DNA of 64,000 nucleotides from Bugula neritina (Eukaryota; Animalia; Bryozoa): NCBI GenBank assembly GCA_964035545.1, contig OZ037766.1, positions 32,416,773 through 32,480,772 of the forward strand. Reading direction: 5' to 3'. This document shows positions 1 to 11,622 of this stretch, one piece after another (positions within the stretch are counted from its first letter, which is position 1; each line of letters opens with the position of its first letter). Both the position numbers and the translations under genes were made by a program. The notes beneath the pieces are model-generated. The model ran no database searches. It was not told where the DNA came from and saw only the letters and a list, made by a program, of their open reading frames with translations.

Positions 1-3000
1 GGAGTGTTCTCTCCGTCACGGTGCTTTAGCTAGTTGCTAATGGATTGGTAATAGTTACGGTTCAATGGTTTGAGAGGGAAGTTATAATTTTCTCAAATTG
101 AAGTACTGGAATACGTCATAGTATGAGTGAAAGCTGAGAAGAGTTCACTTGTCAATTACCTCTTGGATAAAATAAACATGCGAAAAAATTGATAGATTTT
201 AAAGTTAAAGTAATATAGGTTTTTGAAATAGTTTAGGAAGCAAATTGACTGGCTTTCTTGTAAATTAAGCTTAATTAATAAATTTTCTACCGTATCTAAA
301 TATTTGGGCCATGAAAGCAGTGATTTTAGTTCATTTGAATTAAATTGAACAGCGTATTCTGGTAGTTAATTTTTATAACACAAAACTAACTTCCAAATAC
401 TGTTATTCTTATACAAGGAATTTCAGAAGCAGAAACAAGATTTTTGGATCTATAATTTCATGCCCTCTGCTCATAATGAAACTCAAGACTGACCAGTGCA
501 ATGGTACCTAAACATCCACTAGCTAAGCCTGAGTTGCTATTACCACCAGTGGACTACTGCACTAATGTCTCAACTCTGAAGTTGACTACTGCATTGATGT
601 CTAAACTCAGTAGATATGCCTGGTTAATGACCAACCCATGGTAAAATATTTATATATTTTGTACCAGTCAGTGCAACAGGACTGCTCCTAAGGTTTTCAC
701 ACTTTAATTAGTAGGCTATTAATTTTGTTATTTATTGCAGCAGTTACTGTTTGTTTGGTCCGTCAATTAAATTTAATCCGTATATTTCTTAGAAAGGAAT
801 TAGTTTTAAATACAATGGCAACATGAGAAGGCATTTAAACACCAAGTAGACTACAGCTATATCTACTCAGTTGTCACGTGACTTTGAGCTGTTTAAACTG
901 AAGCTGCAGTTAATCCTGATAAATGTAGCTAATACGAAGGAGTGTGGAGCTCTTATCAAAAGCACAATTCTTACAGTAGCTAACATCCTAACACTTCAGT
1001 TACTTTATAAAATATCCACACAAATTTAAACTGTGGCTTTAAACTTATAGCTTCAAAGATTATGCTTTTAAAAAAGCCAAAGCAAATTGAAATTCAAATA
1101 AGAAGAAACTAGGTTAGTAAATATATCTTCTGTTGAAACTCAAAGCATTGATTCCTTACCTAGTAACAGACACCAAATCTAAGGTAATACTGAGACTTCT
1201 GGAAATCGATCTTACTACAGGAATGCATTGACCTTAGGCTATGTTTTGCTGAAGAATAGAACAACTAACCAAGCAAACCACATATCTATTATATAGCTAG
1301 ATTTTGGGGGATAAAAGCTGCAACAAATACTGGTACCAATTCTACCTCCACGTCGTTGAGAATTTAGTTACTGCGTGTTATAGGCTGTTAGATTTCACAC
1401 CATTGCAAATAAGAAATGGATACTGATTGATTTCAACTATGAGGTTAAGTTTTCTTTTCTAGTTTTTTCTTCATTACTTATAATATAATACAATATATAT
1501 GATATATGCACAAGGGCTGAAAGTCTTTCAATTTGAAATACTTAAATAAAACTCTTTTTGCTTTCAAATCTGAATTACAATAACTATAATAATAATTCAA
1601 ATAAAGCTGTTGTGAAATTTTACTAAAAAAAGTCCTTGAATCAAAACACAGATGTTATCCTCTAATTTTGCTTAATTTATTCCGAGCTGTCAAATATAAT
1701 GGCTAGCTGTGCCAATTCCAGAGTTGCAAAACCTTCATCTTTACGAATTTGTAAACTTTGTACATTACGTCTACTAGGGAGAGGTAAAAGCCACAATCAA
1801 TCATATCTAACAAGTTTCTATTCTGATAGGTTCATTTTGAATTGAGATTAATTCACAAACAGGTTGCAAACTCTTTAGAGAGAAGTTGTTTAAATGTTAT
1901 CTGATAGTATATATTTGTATGTGATATTTTATGTGTCAGATTGACTCCTGAATCAATATAGCAGTTTGACAAAACTACCTGTTGCCATCCTACAAAAAAC
2001 CTATATAGACTTTATTTTCTGCCACCAAGAGTACAATACAATACAATACATATATAGCAAAGTGTCCCTCTGCAATACCACACTTACTCAGTAAGATTGC
2101 GGCTTCTAGTTCTGTATAACAATTCAAAGCTTGATCTCCTAACATGCAGAGATAGCATTTACACTTCACTGTGTGTAAAGATATAAATATAATGTTGATG
2201 AATTAAAATCCGTATTATTAAGATTAATGGGTAGATTATTCCTACCAGAAGAACTATTGGTTACAATTATCTGTTAAGTTACACACTCGATGGTTTAGCT
2301 CCACTTATTTTCAGTTTTTTAATTAGAATATCAACCAATCAAAGCTGTGAAATTGAAAGTGCGATTGTACCGCACTTTGGCGAGTAAATGTTAACCAAAC
2401 TCCGAGAATTGTGATTAAATTTTAAGTTGGAGGTGCTTCACATTCTGAAGTGACTATTCTAAAGTCCAAACCCTGATGAGACTTTTCCTTCAACTAAGTC
2501 GCAAAGGCACCACTGCGACAAGGAAAAGTTTAATTATTGTTAAGCAGTGAATCATAGGTTACCAGTGCAAATCAATGGATGCTGTGATTGATGGAAGGCA
2601 TATGGCACTATAAGATCTAGAATGAAGTATGAGAAGTAGTATTTCTGTTGCCAAAGTCCCTGGACACTATAGGAAGGGCTAGCCCTACTTCCTGACAGAG
2701 TTATGTTGGTTCTTCAGAGCTGTTGTTTATCACAACAATATGTTTACACTTGACAGAAACTGATTACAAACATTATATTCTTTACAAAACTTTCATTACT
2801 TACTAGATATAGTACAAATAACTTTCATTACTTTGTAATAAAGGCTTACGTATTATTTAGACCTCAGGTGTATTATAAAACTATCTAAAATTCAAATGAC
2901 TAGCATATGATGTTTGTTTACAGCTACAGGATAGAATGCAAATCGAGTAATTGCTACTCGACTCCGTGAAATAATTTTGGCCCTAGCTAGAAATTATGAA

Positions 3001-3672
3001 GCTGCACAAATCAACAATCTAGTTATAAAAGTAAAGTCCTATATATATAAGGCTTTTAAAAGCCAAGTTTCAAGGCTGTTAGAAGTTAAGTTCCCTGATG
3101 CTGATATTTTTTTGAGCCAGTTGGAATAATATTTAGTTTAGTTAATAAATAGGATAAAAGAACTTCTAAGTCAAGAAATTATTGTTAATTTAATAGTAAA
3201 AACAGAACAATTTTAATGCACTTTTGACGTCAAACACCTCTTGATTGCCAAAGTGCAGCCTGACACTATAAGTTGATTGCCAAGAGTTTTGAATTTTGCT
3301 GTGTCAGTTTGAATTAAAGAATAAATGTGACTGAAAATAGGCTATAGAAATATAATATATAGCCAATGCACGTAAGCTACAGTTGAAACAGCTTTGTGGC
3401 CGTAAACTCAAGACTATACAGAGCGCAAAATGCTATCATAAACCAAAATTATAAACTAGTACAGAGTGTAGAATATAGACTGTAGACAGTGAAATCCCGG
3501 TGTAGAGCGTAGAATATAATGTGTTAAAGTGTTGAGTGTAGAATATAGCTTACAAGGTACTACAAATGCAGGACGTAGAATCCTAAAATATGTAATTCAG
3601 AAAAAAGAATATTGTGTATTGCATTAAACTTTGATATGCCAAGTACTTTAATGTAAATATAGCTAAAGTTAC

Positions 3673-6600
3673 CTCCAGCTGTGACAGTGTTTCAAGGGAA
3701 AGAGATTTCTTGGCAAGGGCGGATAACACCAACTTCATTGAGTCGTAACTACACAGCGCTGAGTCTAGGTTAGTCAGGTCTGTGTTTAAGTTGGCTAGAA
3801 AGTGATAGCCCAGCTTTCTACTGACCTAAAAGTAAGAATATGCAACATATATAGACTGGACAACTCCAAAGTTCAATCATTTTCCGTGTATATATCATTG
3901 AAAAGAAAACACAACTTAAATGTAAAGACAAGAAATGTGTAACAAAAATTTGGAAAATGTTTTTTTATCTGACCAAAAAACTAAACCGTAGTCACTGGAA
4001 TATTGGTTGTGTATAGCTAAAACAATTGTAGAATAGCAATATAATAGCAATAGGATAGCAATAGAGTAGCAATAGAATAGCGATAGAATAGCAATATAAT
4101 AGCAGTATAATAGCAATATTAATCACTGCTGCAAAATAATAGCAGTTGATCTTTTGCTGAATGAAGTTGAAAGATGCGAGAAATATTTAACAAAAAATAT
4201 TGTAAACAGGATGCAATGCTTAAACTGACATCAAAAATATCACTACAAATTGCTACAAAACTAGTTTGTAGTGCAACTGAATGAACTGATACAATGATTT
4301 AATAGCTACAATACCTGTGTATCTACTATATATTTTCTGGAAGACAGGGAGTATGTGTGAGAGTCCTTATACGCGCTGTCACTATTACACAGAATCTCAG
4401 GCTTTTCTAAAGCTAATAATAGTTTTGGTAACTGAGTGGAAGCAGAGCAAATCATTCTCTCTTCAAACAGAATAACAACCTGAAAACAGAAATAGTTTAG
4501 AATAGCAAAACAAATAATGTAATTAAATAACAGCTAAATTTATTTATAAAAATATTTTATGTACATGTAAACAAAATTATACTATTTGATTACCTGCTAA
4601 AAATTTAATAGCTGCTAGAGATTTGTCACTAGCCTTGTGTTTACAAACTATTTATAAGTTGTGACAGCGTAGGTGCCCTTAACGTTATCAGTGCAAGGGC
4701 CACATTGGGAAATTTAGCTTGAACTGGGGGGGACTGGGTCACAGCATCAGTAATTTTCAAATTACTTTATTCCAACTTCCTATGAAGCATTTCACAATAA
4801 AGTTTCAATAATTATTGCAGGCTGCATTTTTTGTAGCACGTATATAAATAATATATCTAAAAGATGGTTTTTTCTACTCTAATTCGTATACGTGTGCAGA
4901 AAAATATTTTTTTTTTGCTTTCAAGGGCCACATAAGTGTAGATTAACATAGCGTAGCCCATAACTAAAACGTTTAGTTGTGCCTTGCAATAAAAACTTAT
5001 TGCCTACATGTAAATAAAATGTATTGAAAAGTCAACATAGCAGATGAAAAACCAACACAAGTAGTTATATAACAACCTTAGACATCATGGTGCATGATTT
5101 GCTCTCTATGTCTAAGCTCCGTATAGTCGTTACTTTTCTCTTTGATAGTATATCAGTAAGTCTTTCAATTTCCTGTAAAAAACCCCATTGAAAATAATTA
5201 GTTTTAGAGTGATTTGAGAGAACTTTAGTAAGATGCTTTGTGCAAATTGAAGAGTGGGCAACTCCATCAACTGTTGATGCAAATAGTAATGTTGACATAG
5301 CAATATGATTTAGCACTGATGAGATATTTCTAAGAATTCCTGACACAGAGTTATCACTGAGCTGGATTACAACCTTTCAAGTCGACTCAGTGATTAGAGT
5401 GTGTGTTGCAGAAGCTAGGAATAACATGCAATGAAAATTAGCAATAATTATTATTAGTTCTATTATACAATAATCAGCCAAAGCAAAAAACTTATTATAA
5501 AACAATCTTTTGAGAATACAACCCTCAAGTAGTCTGTAGAAGATAGCTAAGAATATTTTAATATTGCATACATAAAATGGGCCATGTGGATTCTTTAACA
5601 TTCCACAAATTTATTGAAGCATTCAACAATTCAAAATGGAAAAGGTTGAAAATACAGGCATAGCCTTCAATTCCTACCTGTGCATGTTCTTCAGAGTGGG
5701 GGATGCATACAGTGTCCCATCTCATTTCCTCTAAAATAGCTACAAGTGCTGGATACAAGGACTCCAATGTCTGCATGATGTTGAACACATTAGGCTGCGG
5801 CTTCACCATCTTTCTACTGCATATAATCTGCAAACATGGTATGCATGTGTATAATATTATAGTATGTGTAATGTAGTAGAGTAATATAAGAATATGTGTA
5901 ATATAACTGAGTAATATTATAGTATGTGTGATGTAACTGAGTATCATTAAAAATCAGACTGTAAACTTGGCTTTTTCAATATTTAAATGAATATCTTCAA
6001 TAAAATTTTGCATGCAACCTCGTCAACTTATTTTATAATAATGATACTTCACGTAAAATTCTGTTAGTTTGGTGGTTAGAGTACTGTTTCCTCATTAATC
6101 ACTTAAGAGTACTCGTTACTACTAACACTTTACTCACCTAAGGATACCTGCCAATACTGACACTTTACTCACCTGGGGGTACCTGCAGCTCTGGCAGCAT
6201 CCTCCCACCACTATGACATCATCCAATGAACTGTTTTTAACGTACTCCTTGATTTCACCATCTCTACACTGAGCGCAAGCATACTGTATTACATTGCGAG
6301 TAAAAGCTTAAATTGGAAAATTAATTTATCAAATTGTTTGTGAATAGGCAATTAATAAAATTTCAGCTATATTTTAAAGTAAGTAGCAATTAAGAAAAAT
6401 AAAGATTGCATAAAAATGCTGCTACTTTTAGTTTACGAAATGCAATTACGACAGACTACCAAATGTTTAAAAAACCATTTATTATTTTGTATTTTAGTAA
6501 AATAGTGATATTAGTTATAGCACGCGCTAGGCTGCAAGATCAAAATAAAAGCAGATAATTCAACAATTCTCACATACCGTACAACTTCTTGCCTATTCTA

Positions 6601-8091
6601 CTGGAAGACCATTATTAACACATGAGCCTGCCTATATATCTAGTGAGTAAATGAATAAAAGTTGTAAAACTAACTCATACAACCTATTATTTATATTATT
6701 CTTTTGATTAAACTTTGTGATATTTAAAAAGAAACTCAAAAATGTTTAGCCTGAATTATATAACATTTCTGTGGTTTACACTCTTCTAATAAATATAACA
6801 CCGCAAAGTAAAGAATAGACAACAAGACATAGTTAGTTAAAAGCACTAGGCCTGCTGATAGTCCTAAGTATCAATAAAACTCATCAGCTGCTGGTAAACA
6901 AACAGGTACAAAGGTAAATATTAAGATATTTATTTTTTCATTGATTTGTGATTTGCGCTGTAACATGATTGATAGTCACACCCACTTTATTTACCATTTA
7001 ACTTATGCACACGTAAGTTATATAGGTAGAATGTAGGGCAGCATTTATTGCTATATGCTGCCAACTGCTAGCTTATACTACCACCAGCAGAGCCAATTTA
7101 TAAACATCATTGATTTTGTATTTCAATTTATCATTTAGAATCACACGACATGCTAGATATTCCTCTGAATGCTGATATTGTAATTAGTTTGTTAGACTAG
7201 CCTTAGATCTGAGACAACAATTACCTGTATTACAATAAGAACTGGAGATTAGATGCAAATTTGTTTCTGCATATTATTTAATGTAGCATGAGCTTTACAT
7301 ATTAGCGTCAAAGACTAGGTTGTGTGATTTTCATTTAAGTAAGCAACAGCTTTTAGGTAAATACGTTAAATTAGTCCAAGAAGGAAAATTTCATCTCGAT
7401 CTCTTACTATCTATACTAAAATTTTCAAAGCAATAAAATAGTAACTGAAACGAAGTACTTTTGATGCAAGCAGTTTAGCTGGTTACAAATTTCGATATTG
7501 AGTTTTATTTAACTGGCAGAAACCAAGTGAGCAAGCTTGGAAACTATATTTTCATTTTTTTATATTTATTTTCTTTTTTGGCAGAAAGTTTATCTATAAA
7601 CAGCTCCGCTACAGTGCAGTGCATGGTTATGCAATATTGGAATTGAAGTTATATTATATATAAATGAACTGTAGTTATAATAATATAGCCAATTTTAAAG
7701 AGTATAAACTTATTTATCTGCATGCACTGCAAATGTTGGTATGTGACATATTGTACAGCACTACATATAACCCTATTAATAAACTATAGAGCTATAATTG
7801 TATGCTGCAGCAAAAGAACTTTTCTCCAGCTATCTGTATAGAATAATATATATTGCTGAACTGGTTGGTCTAGCAGAGCATGTTATAGTAAGCTGAGAAA
7901 TAGACTGAGAGTACAGAGATTACGTATGTTACCTGGTAAAGTTGGTAGACTATCCGTGTCTCATTAGACAGCTCCTGAACTGCTAAATCATAGGCTAGTT
8001 GTTGGGGAGAATCATCGTATAAAGCCAATATAGAAGTTGCGTCAGCAGCAGCAAAAGCAACTAAGATTAGCAGAGCAACCCCGGCAGCCAT
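3673..8091 (-). CDS. Signal-peptide protein with divergent ANF-receptor / periplasmic-binding-protein type 1 (Venus flytrap) ectodomain, as in iGluR ATD, receptor guanylyl cyclase or class C GPCR; partial, 3' exons unresolved
   Basis: Six open phase-0 GT-AG exons: 7933-8091 (MAAGVALLILVAFAAADA signal peptide), 6173-6283 (DDVIVVGGCC), 5678-5827 (LYPALVAILEEMRWDTVCI), 5077-5172, 4315-4479 (VVILFEE), 3673-3825 (SALCSYDSMKLV). The motif order matches the ANF_receptor fold (aiiGp.cs / al..ll..f.W..v.i / viil / a.aYDav). A likely 5'UTR exon has its donor at 9151 (CAG|GTAAG). Confidence 0.6.
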
Positions 8092-8383
8092 CTTTTCTAA
8101 CATAAAATAAAAATAGATATAAAACAACTATATTATATTCGCTGTGTTTTAAGTATTATTCTATGAACACCTGGATGTGGTTTAGTAATAATAGTCAGTT
8201 CATGTGATGGCAATAGTTGAAATATTATTTTAGCAGAGTTTTCTTGCCTCTTTTTCCCAGAATGGGTAAATGAATTTCTAACAAATTATATTTAAATTTT
8301 CTGTGCACACAACGTTTACCACAACTATCCAATAAATTTTAAAAACTTTCCAATTTTGATAATTTATGTTTATAGTTATTATA

Positions 8384-8453
8384 TATTATACAGAATTTTA
8401 CATTATATTATATAACATGAGTTATATAATATAATGTAAAATTCTGTATAATA
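8384..8453. repeat. Perfect 33-bp inverted repeat with 4-nt loop (ATGA)
   Basis: 8384-8416 TATTATACAGAATTTTACATTATATTATATAAC is the exact reverse complement of 8421-8453. Confidence 0.95.
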
Positions 8454-8510
8454 GTATTGCATTGTGTAACTCATTGGGAAAACATCAAATAATTGGACAC
8501 TCCAACATTA

Positions 8511-8725
8511 AAAACTCACGCAAGTTTATAGTCGCTATCCCTGTGAGAAACCCCTGATAGAAAGGGGTTTTTATTAGAACGCGCTAAGGACATGTTCAAA
8601 TGAGGCACAGGAGCAATTAAGACTGGATGCTCTTCCTAACATCACCAATGGCCTTTGTCGGGTTTGAACCCACAACTTCGTGTTCACAAAGCGAACGCTC
8701 TAACCCCTAGACCACGGCTGCTCCC
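8511..8725 (-). mobile_element. tRNA-derived SINE (~215 bp) with 17-bp target-site duplication
   Basis: The minus strand reads GGGAGCAGCCGTGGTCTAGGGGTTAGAGCG (A box) ... GGGTTCAAACCC (B box), then the body GGTGATGTTAGGAAGAGCATCCAGTC, ending GACTATAAACTTGCGTGAGTTTTT. It is flanked by TGGACACTCCAACATTA (8494-8510) and TGGACATTTCAACATTA (8726-8742). A second copy lies at 53516-53716. Confidence 0.88.
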
Positions 8726-10576
8726 TGGACATTTCAACATTACATAACCAAATATTATAATATGATTCAACACAGTCATACAATATTAAATAAAACAATA
8801 ATTAGCTGTGCCATTACACCATGCATAGCTTTTCCCTAACAGAAAAATATTATAGCAGTTGCTATATTTATAGAATATTATTTTACTAAACTATACTTTA
8901 TTGAAGAAATTATTGTAATAATATTTTGGTTGCCCTTTTGTGAAGTTGAAAACTCTTTGTGATTAAAGGACAATGCTAATTAGCTCATATTTTATGTTGT
9001 CCCAAAAGTCTCTCACAACTCCTGTTATTATATACTAGAAAAGCAAATCATTCTATTGTTATCTTACTTTAATAGTTACTAAAATTATAAAAATTGAAAA
9101 ATTATAAAAATTGAAAAATTATATAAATTGAAAAAGTCTAAACTTGCTTACCTGAAGCTCGTATGAGAAAATTGCCATTCACAGAAAAAACACTAACTTT
9201 AGAGCTACATTTGGTGAGAATCTGTGTCACAGTACACTACGACACGCAGCAACACTTCATGTTCAAATATAATTCATTTCTCTTGAGATTTTGCTCTACT
9301 AACTGTTTGTGAATTATTCTCTATTTTGTATTGAAACCTATCAAGGAGGAGCTAAAGTGGCAACACTGTACCAATATTCAACTTATTAATAATTGATCTG
9401 TACTCAAACTGCTGTCAGGATGTGCTGTCACTGCAAGGAGTGGATCCAAGTTTAGTTGCTGCTTTTAGGGGCTTAATGTTTCTATATTGATGATTTGTTT
9501 AGAAATTTAATTCAACTTGAAAACCTTTTGTCAAACTACCATTAAACATACTATTTTCCTATTAGTTTTTAAATTGTTTAATTGATTTGCAACTAACATG
9601 TTGAAAATTATTTTAGATAGTGCCCAGTGATAATTAATATAAGTAGAATCAGTAGTCATGGAATACAAGCTATAAACTATTACTATACATATATGAATAT
9701 TATGAATATTTACTATATATGAAACTATATATTATACAAACTATTTTATCATATTCTGCTAAATAACCAGTTATTGAGAGTAAGCCACTAATTTGCTAAA
9801 TCTGTTAATATTAATGAAAAACAAACAGCACACGGAATTTTTCAATAAATTTGGTTTCACAAACTTATTGATTTTCCCAGAGAAAAGTATAAACTAAGCA
9901 AAGTATAATATTTGACTCATTAAATTTCTATGCTTAGCAAATATAGTTTTATGATGGTGAATTCTTACGGCTTATAAAACTTTCCTGTAACGTTATACTA
10001 GCTATGATATGGAGAAGAATAACTATCTTTGAGTAGAAAAGCTATGAAAGCCTGTTTGATTTAATTAATCTGCCAATGCATAGGAAATCTTATATTTTTG
10101 AACTCTGGAAATATTATATAAGAAAATGCAGTCATATTTATATGCTATTTCCAATTTTTTTCTGAATTTCAAAAACTTATGATTTTGATTATAATCTCAT
10201 TTCTTGTTAGCAGCTAAAAGCTGATGCTTAGAAAAAGCTTTATAAAATCAAGTTTTGTTCAATCTTCACAGGCATTTTAAAAAAAAGCCCATTGCAATTT
10301 TCAAAAAACCTGCGTAATGATGAAGCTAGCGTTAAATACAGAGAAATATATAAGCAGTGATAGTTTAAGACTCAAATGTTGTTATCGATGTTTTAAAGTT
10401 ACATTCTTAGTTTTAAAATATTTAAATAGAGCTTGCAATTTGCTAGTTAGGATTAGAAATGTTCATTTTGTAAATAAGGGCATTCGAAAATTACAAAAAT
10501 AATGTTTATCTTTTCACAATTAGGATTATCTAGGTAAAAGCTGCACCTGTCCTAGTAAAATGCTAGTAGAAACTAG

Positions 10577-10957
10577 ACTTATGCACAGTGTACTTACCTC
10601 TACTTATACACAGTGTACTTACCTCTACTTATACACAGTGTACTTACCTCTACTTATACATAATGTACTTACCTCTACTTATACACAGTGTACTTACCTC
10701 TACTTATACACAGTGTACTTACCTCTACTTATACACAGTGTACTTACCTCTACTTATACACAGTGTACTTATCTCTACTTATACACAGTGTACTTACCTC
10801 TACTTATACACAGTGTACTTACCTCTACTTATACACAGTGTACTTACCTCTACTTATACACAGTGTACTTACCTCTACTTATTCACAGTGTACTTACCTC
10901 TACTTATACACAGTGTACTTACCTCTACTTATACACAGTGTACTTACCTCTACTTAT
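10577..10957. repeat. 25-bp minisatellite (TACTTACCTCTACTTATACACAGTG), ~15 copies
   Basis: Direct tandem array; it explains the spurious ORFs 10560-11053. Confidence 0.95.
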
Positions 10958-11508
10958 TTCACGTTATGCAGTCTGAAGCATGTGGTACTCTATCAAACAT
11001 CATCTTGTAATTCTCAACTCATCTCTTACAGTGCTGCTGGCTCTATATTCTAGTAGCTGCGCTGCCTCTGCGTACAAACCCCTGCAGTGTCTTATCAACC
11101 AGTGATAGCTGCTGCTCCAGCTGTTACTATTATTGTACACGCATTGTATAAATTCAATGTAGACCAAAGACCATACAGATCATTCGCTTATACTGCGTAG
11201 CTTTCCCATCAAAGACTATAATGTTTACTATTGACAATGTATGCATTCTATTTTGATATGCCAATAATATTTTTACTACCTTAATCCGCATGTCAATCAA
11301 CCACTTTAATCCTTCAAGTTGTCTTGTTATAATATTATTTTATTGCATAGTTTTATTACTCCATAAGTAAAACATGGGGCTATAATCTGTAAGCAAATAT
11401 TTGTCAAAAGGTAAATTGATAATACGAAACACCTAAAGGCGTCAGGTGAAATAAATAGTAGTGAATCGTGTGCTGCCATTTGTCTGCTTTACTGCTGCCA
11501 AAAATTCA

Positions 11509-11622
11509 GCTACTACCTCTAGCTGTCTAGCTACTACCTATAGCTGTCTAGCTACTACCTATAGCTGTCTAGCTACTACCTATAGCTGTCTAGCTACTAC
11601 CTCTAGCTGTCTAGCTACTACC
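11509..11622. repeat. 21-bp minisatellite (AGCTACTACCTATAGCTGTCT), ~5 copies
   Basis: Direct tandem array. Confidence 0.9.

Noticed and set aside
8640-8725. Possible tRNA gene
   Set aside because: A/B boxes are present, but no proper acceptor stem forms. The sequence continues into a shared SINE body flanked by TSDs.
10560-11053. Overlapping repetitive ORFs (LYLYTVYLPLLIHSVLTSTYTQC), and similar ORFs at 24507-25411, 33863-34177, 36091-36429, 39369-39940 and 41129-41494
   Set aside because: They are translations of stop-free minisatellite units, open in several frames and mostly lying inside introns.
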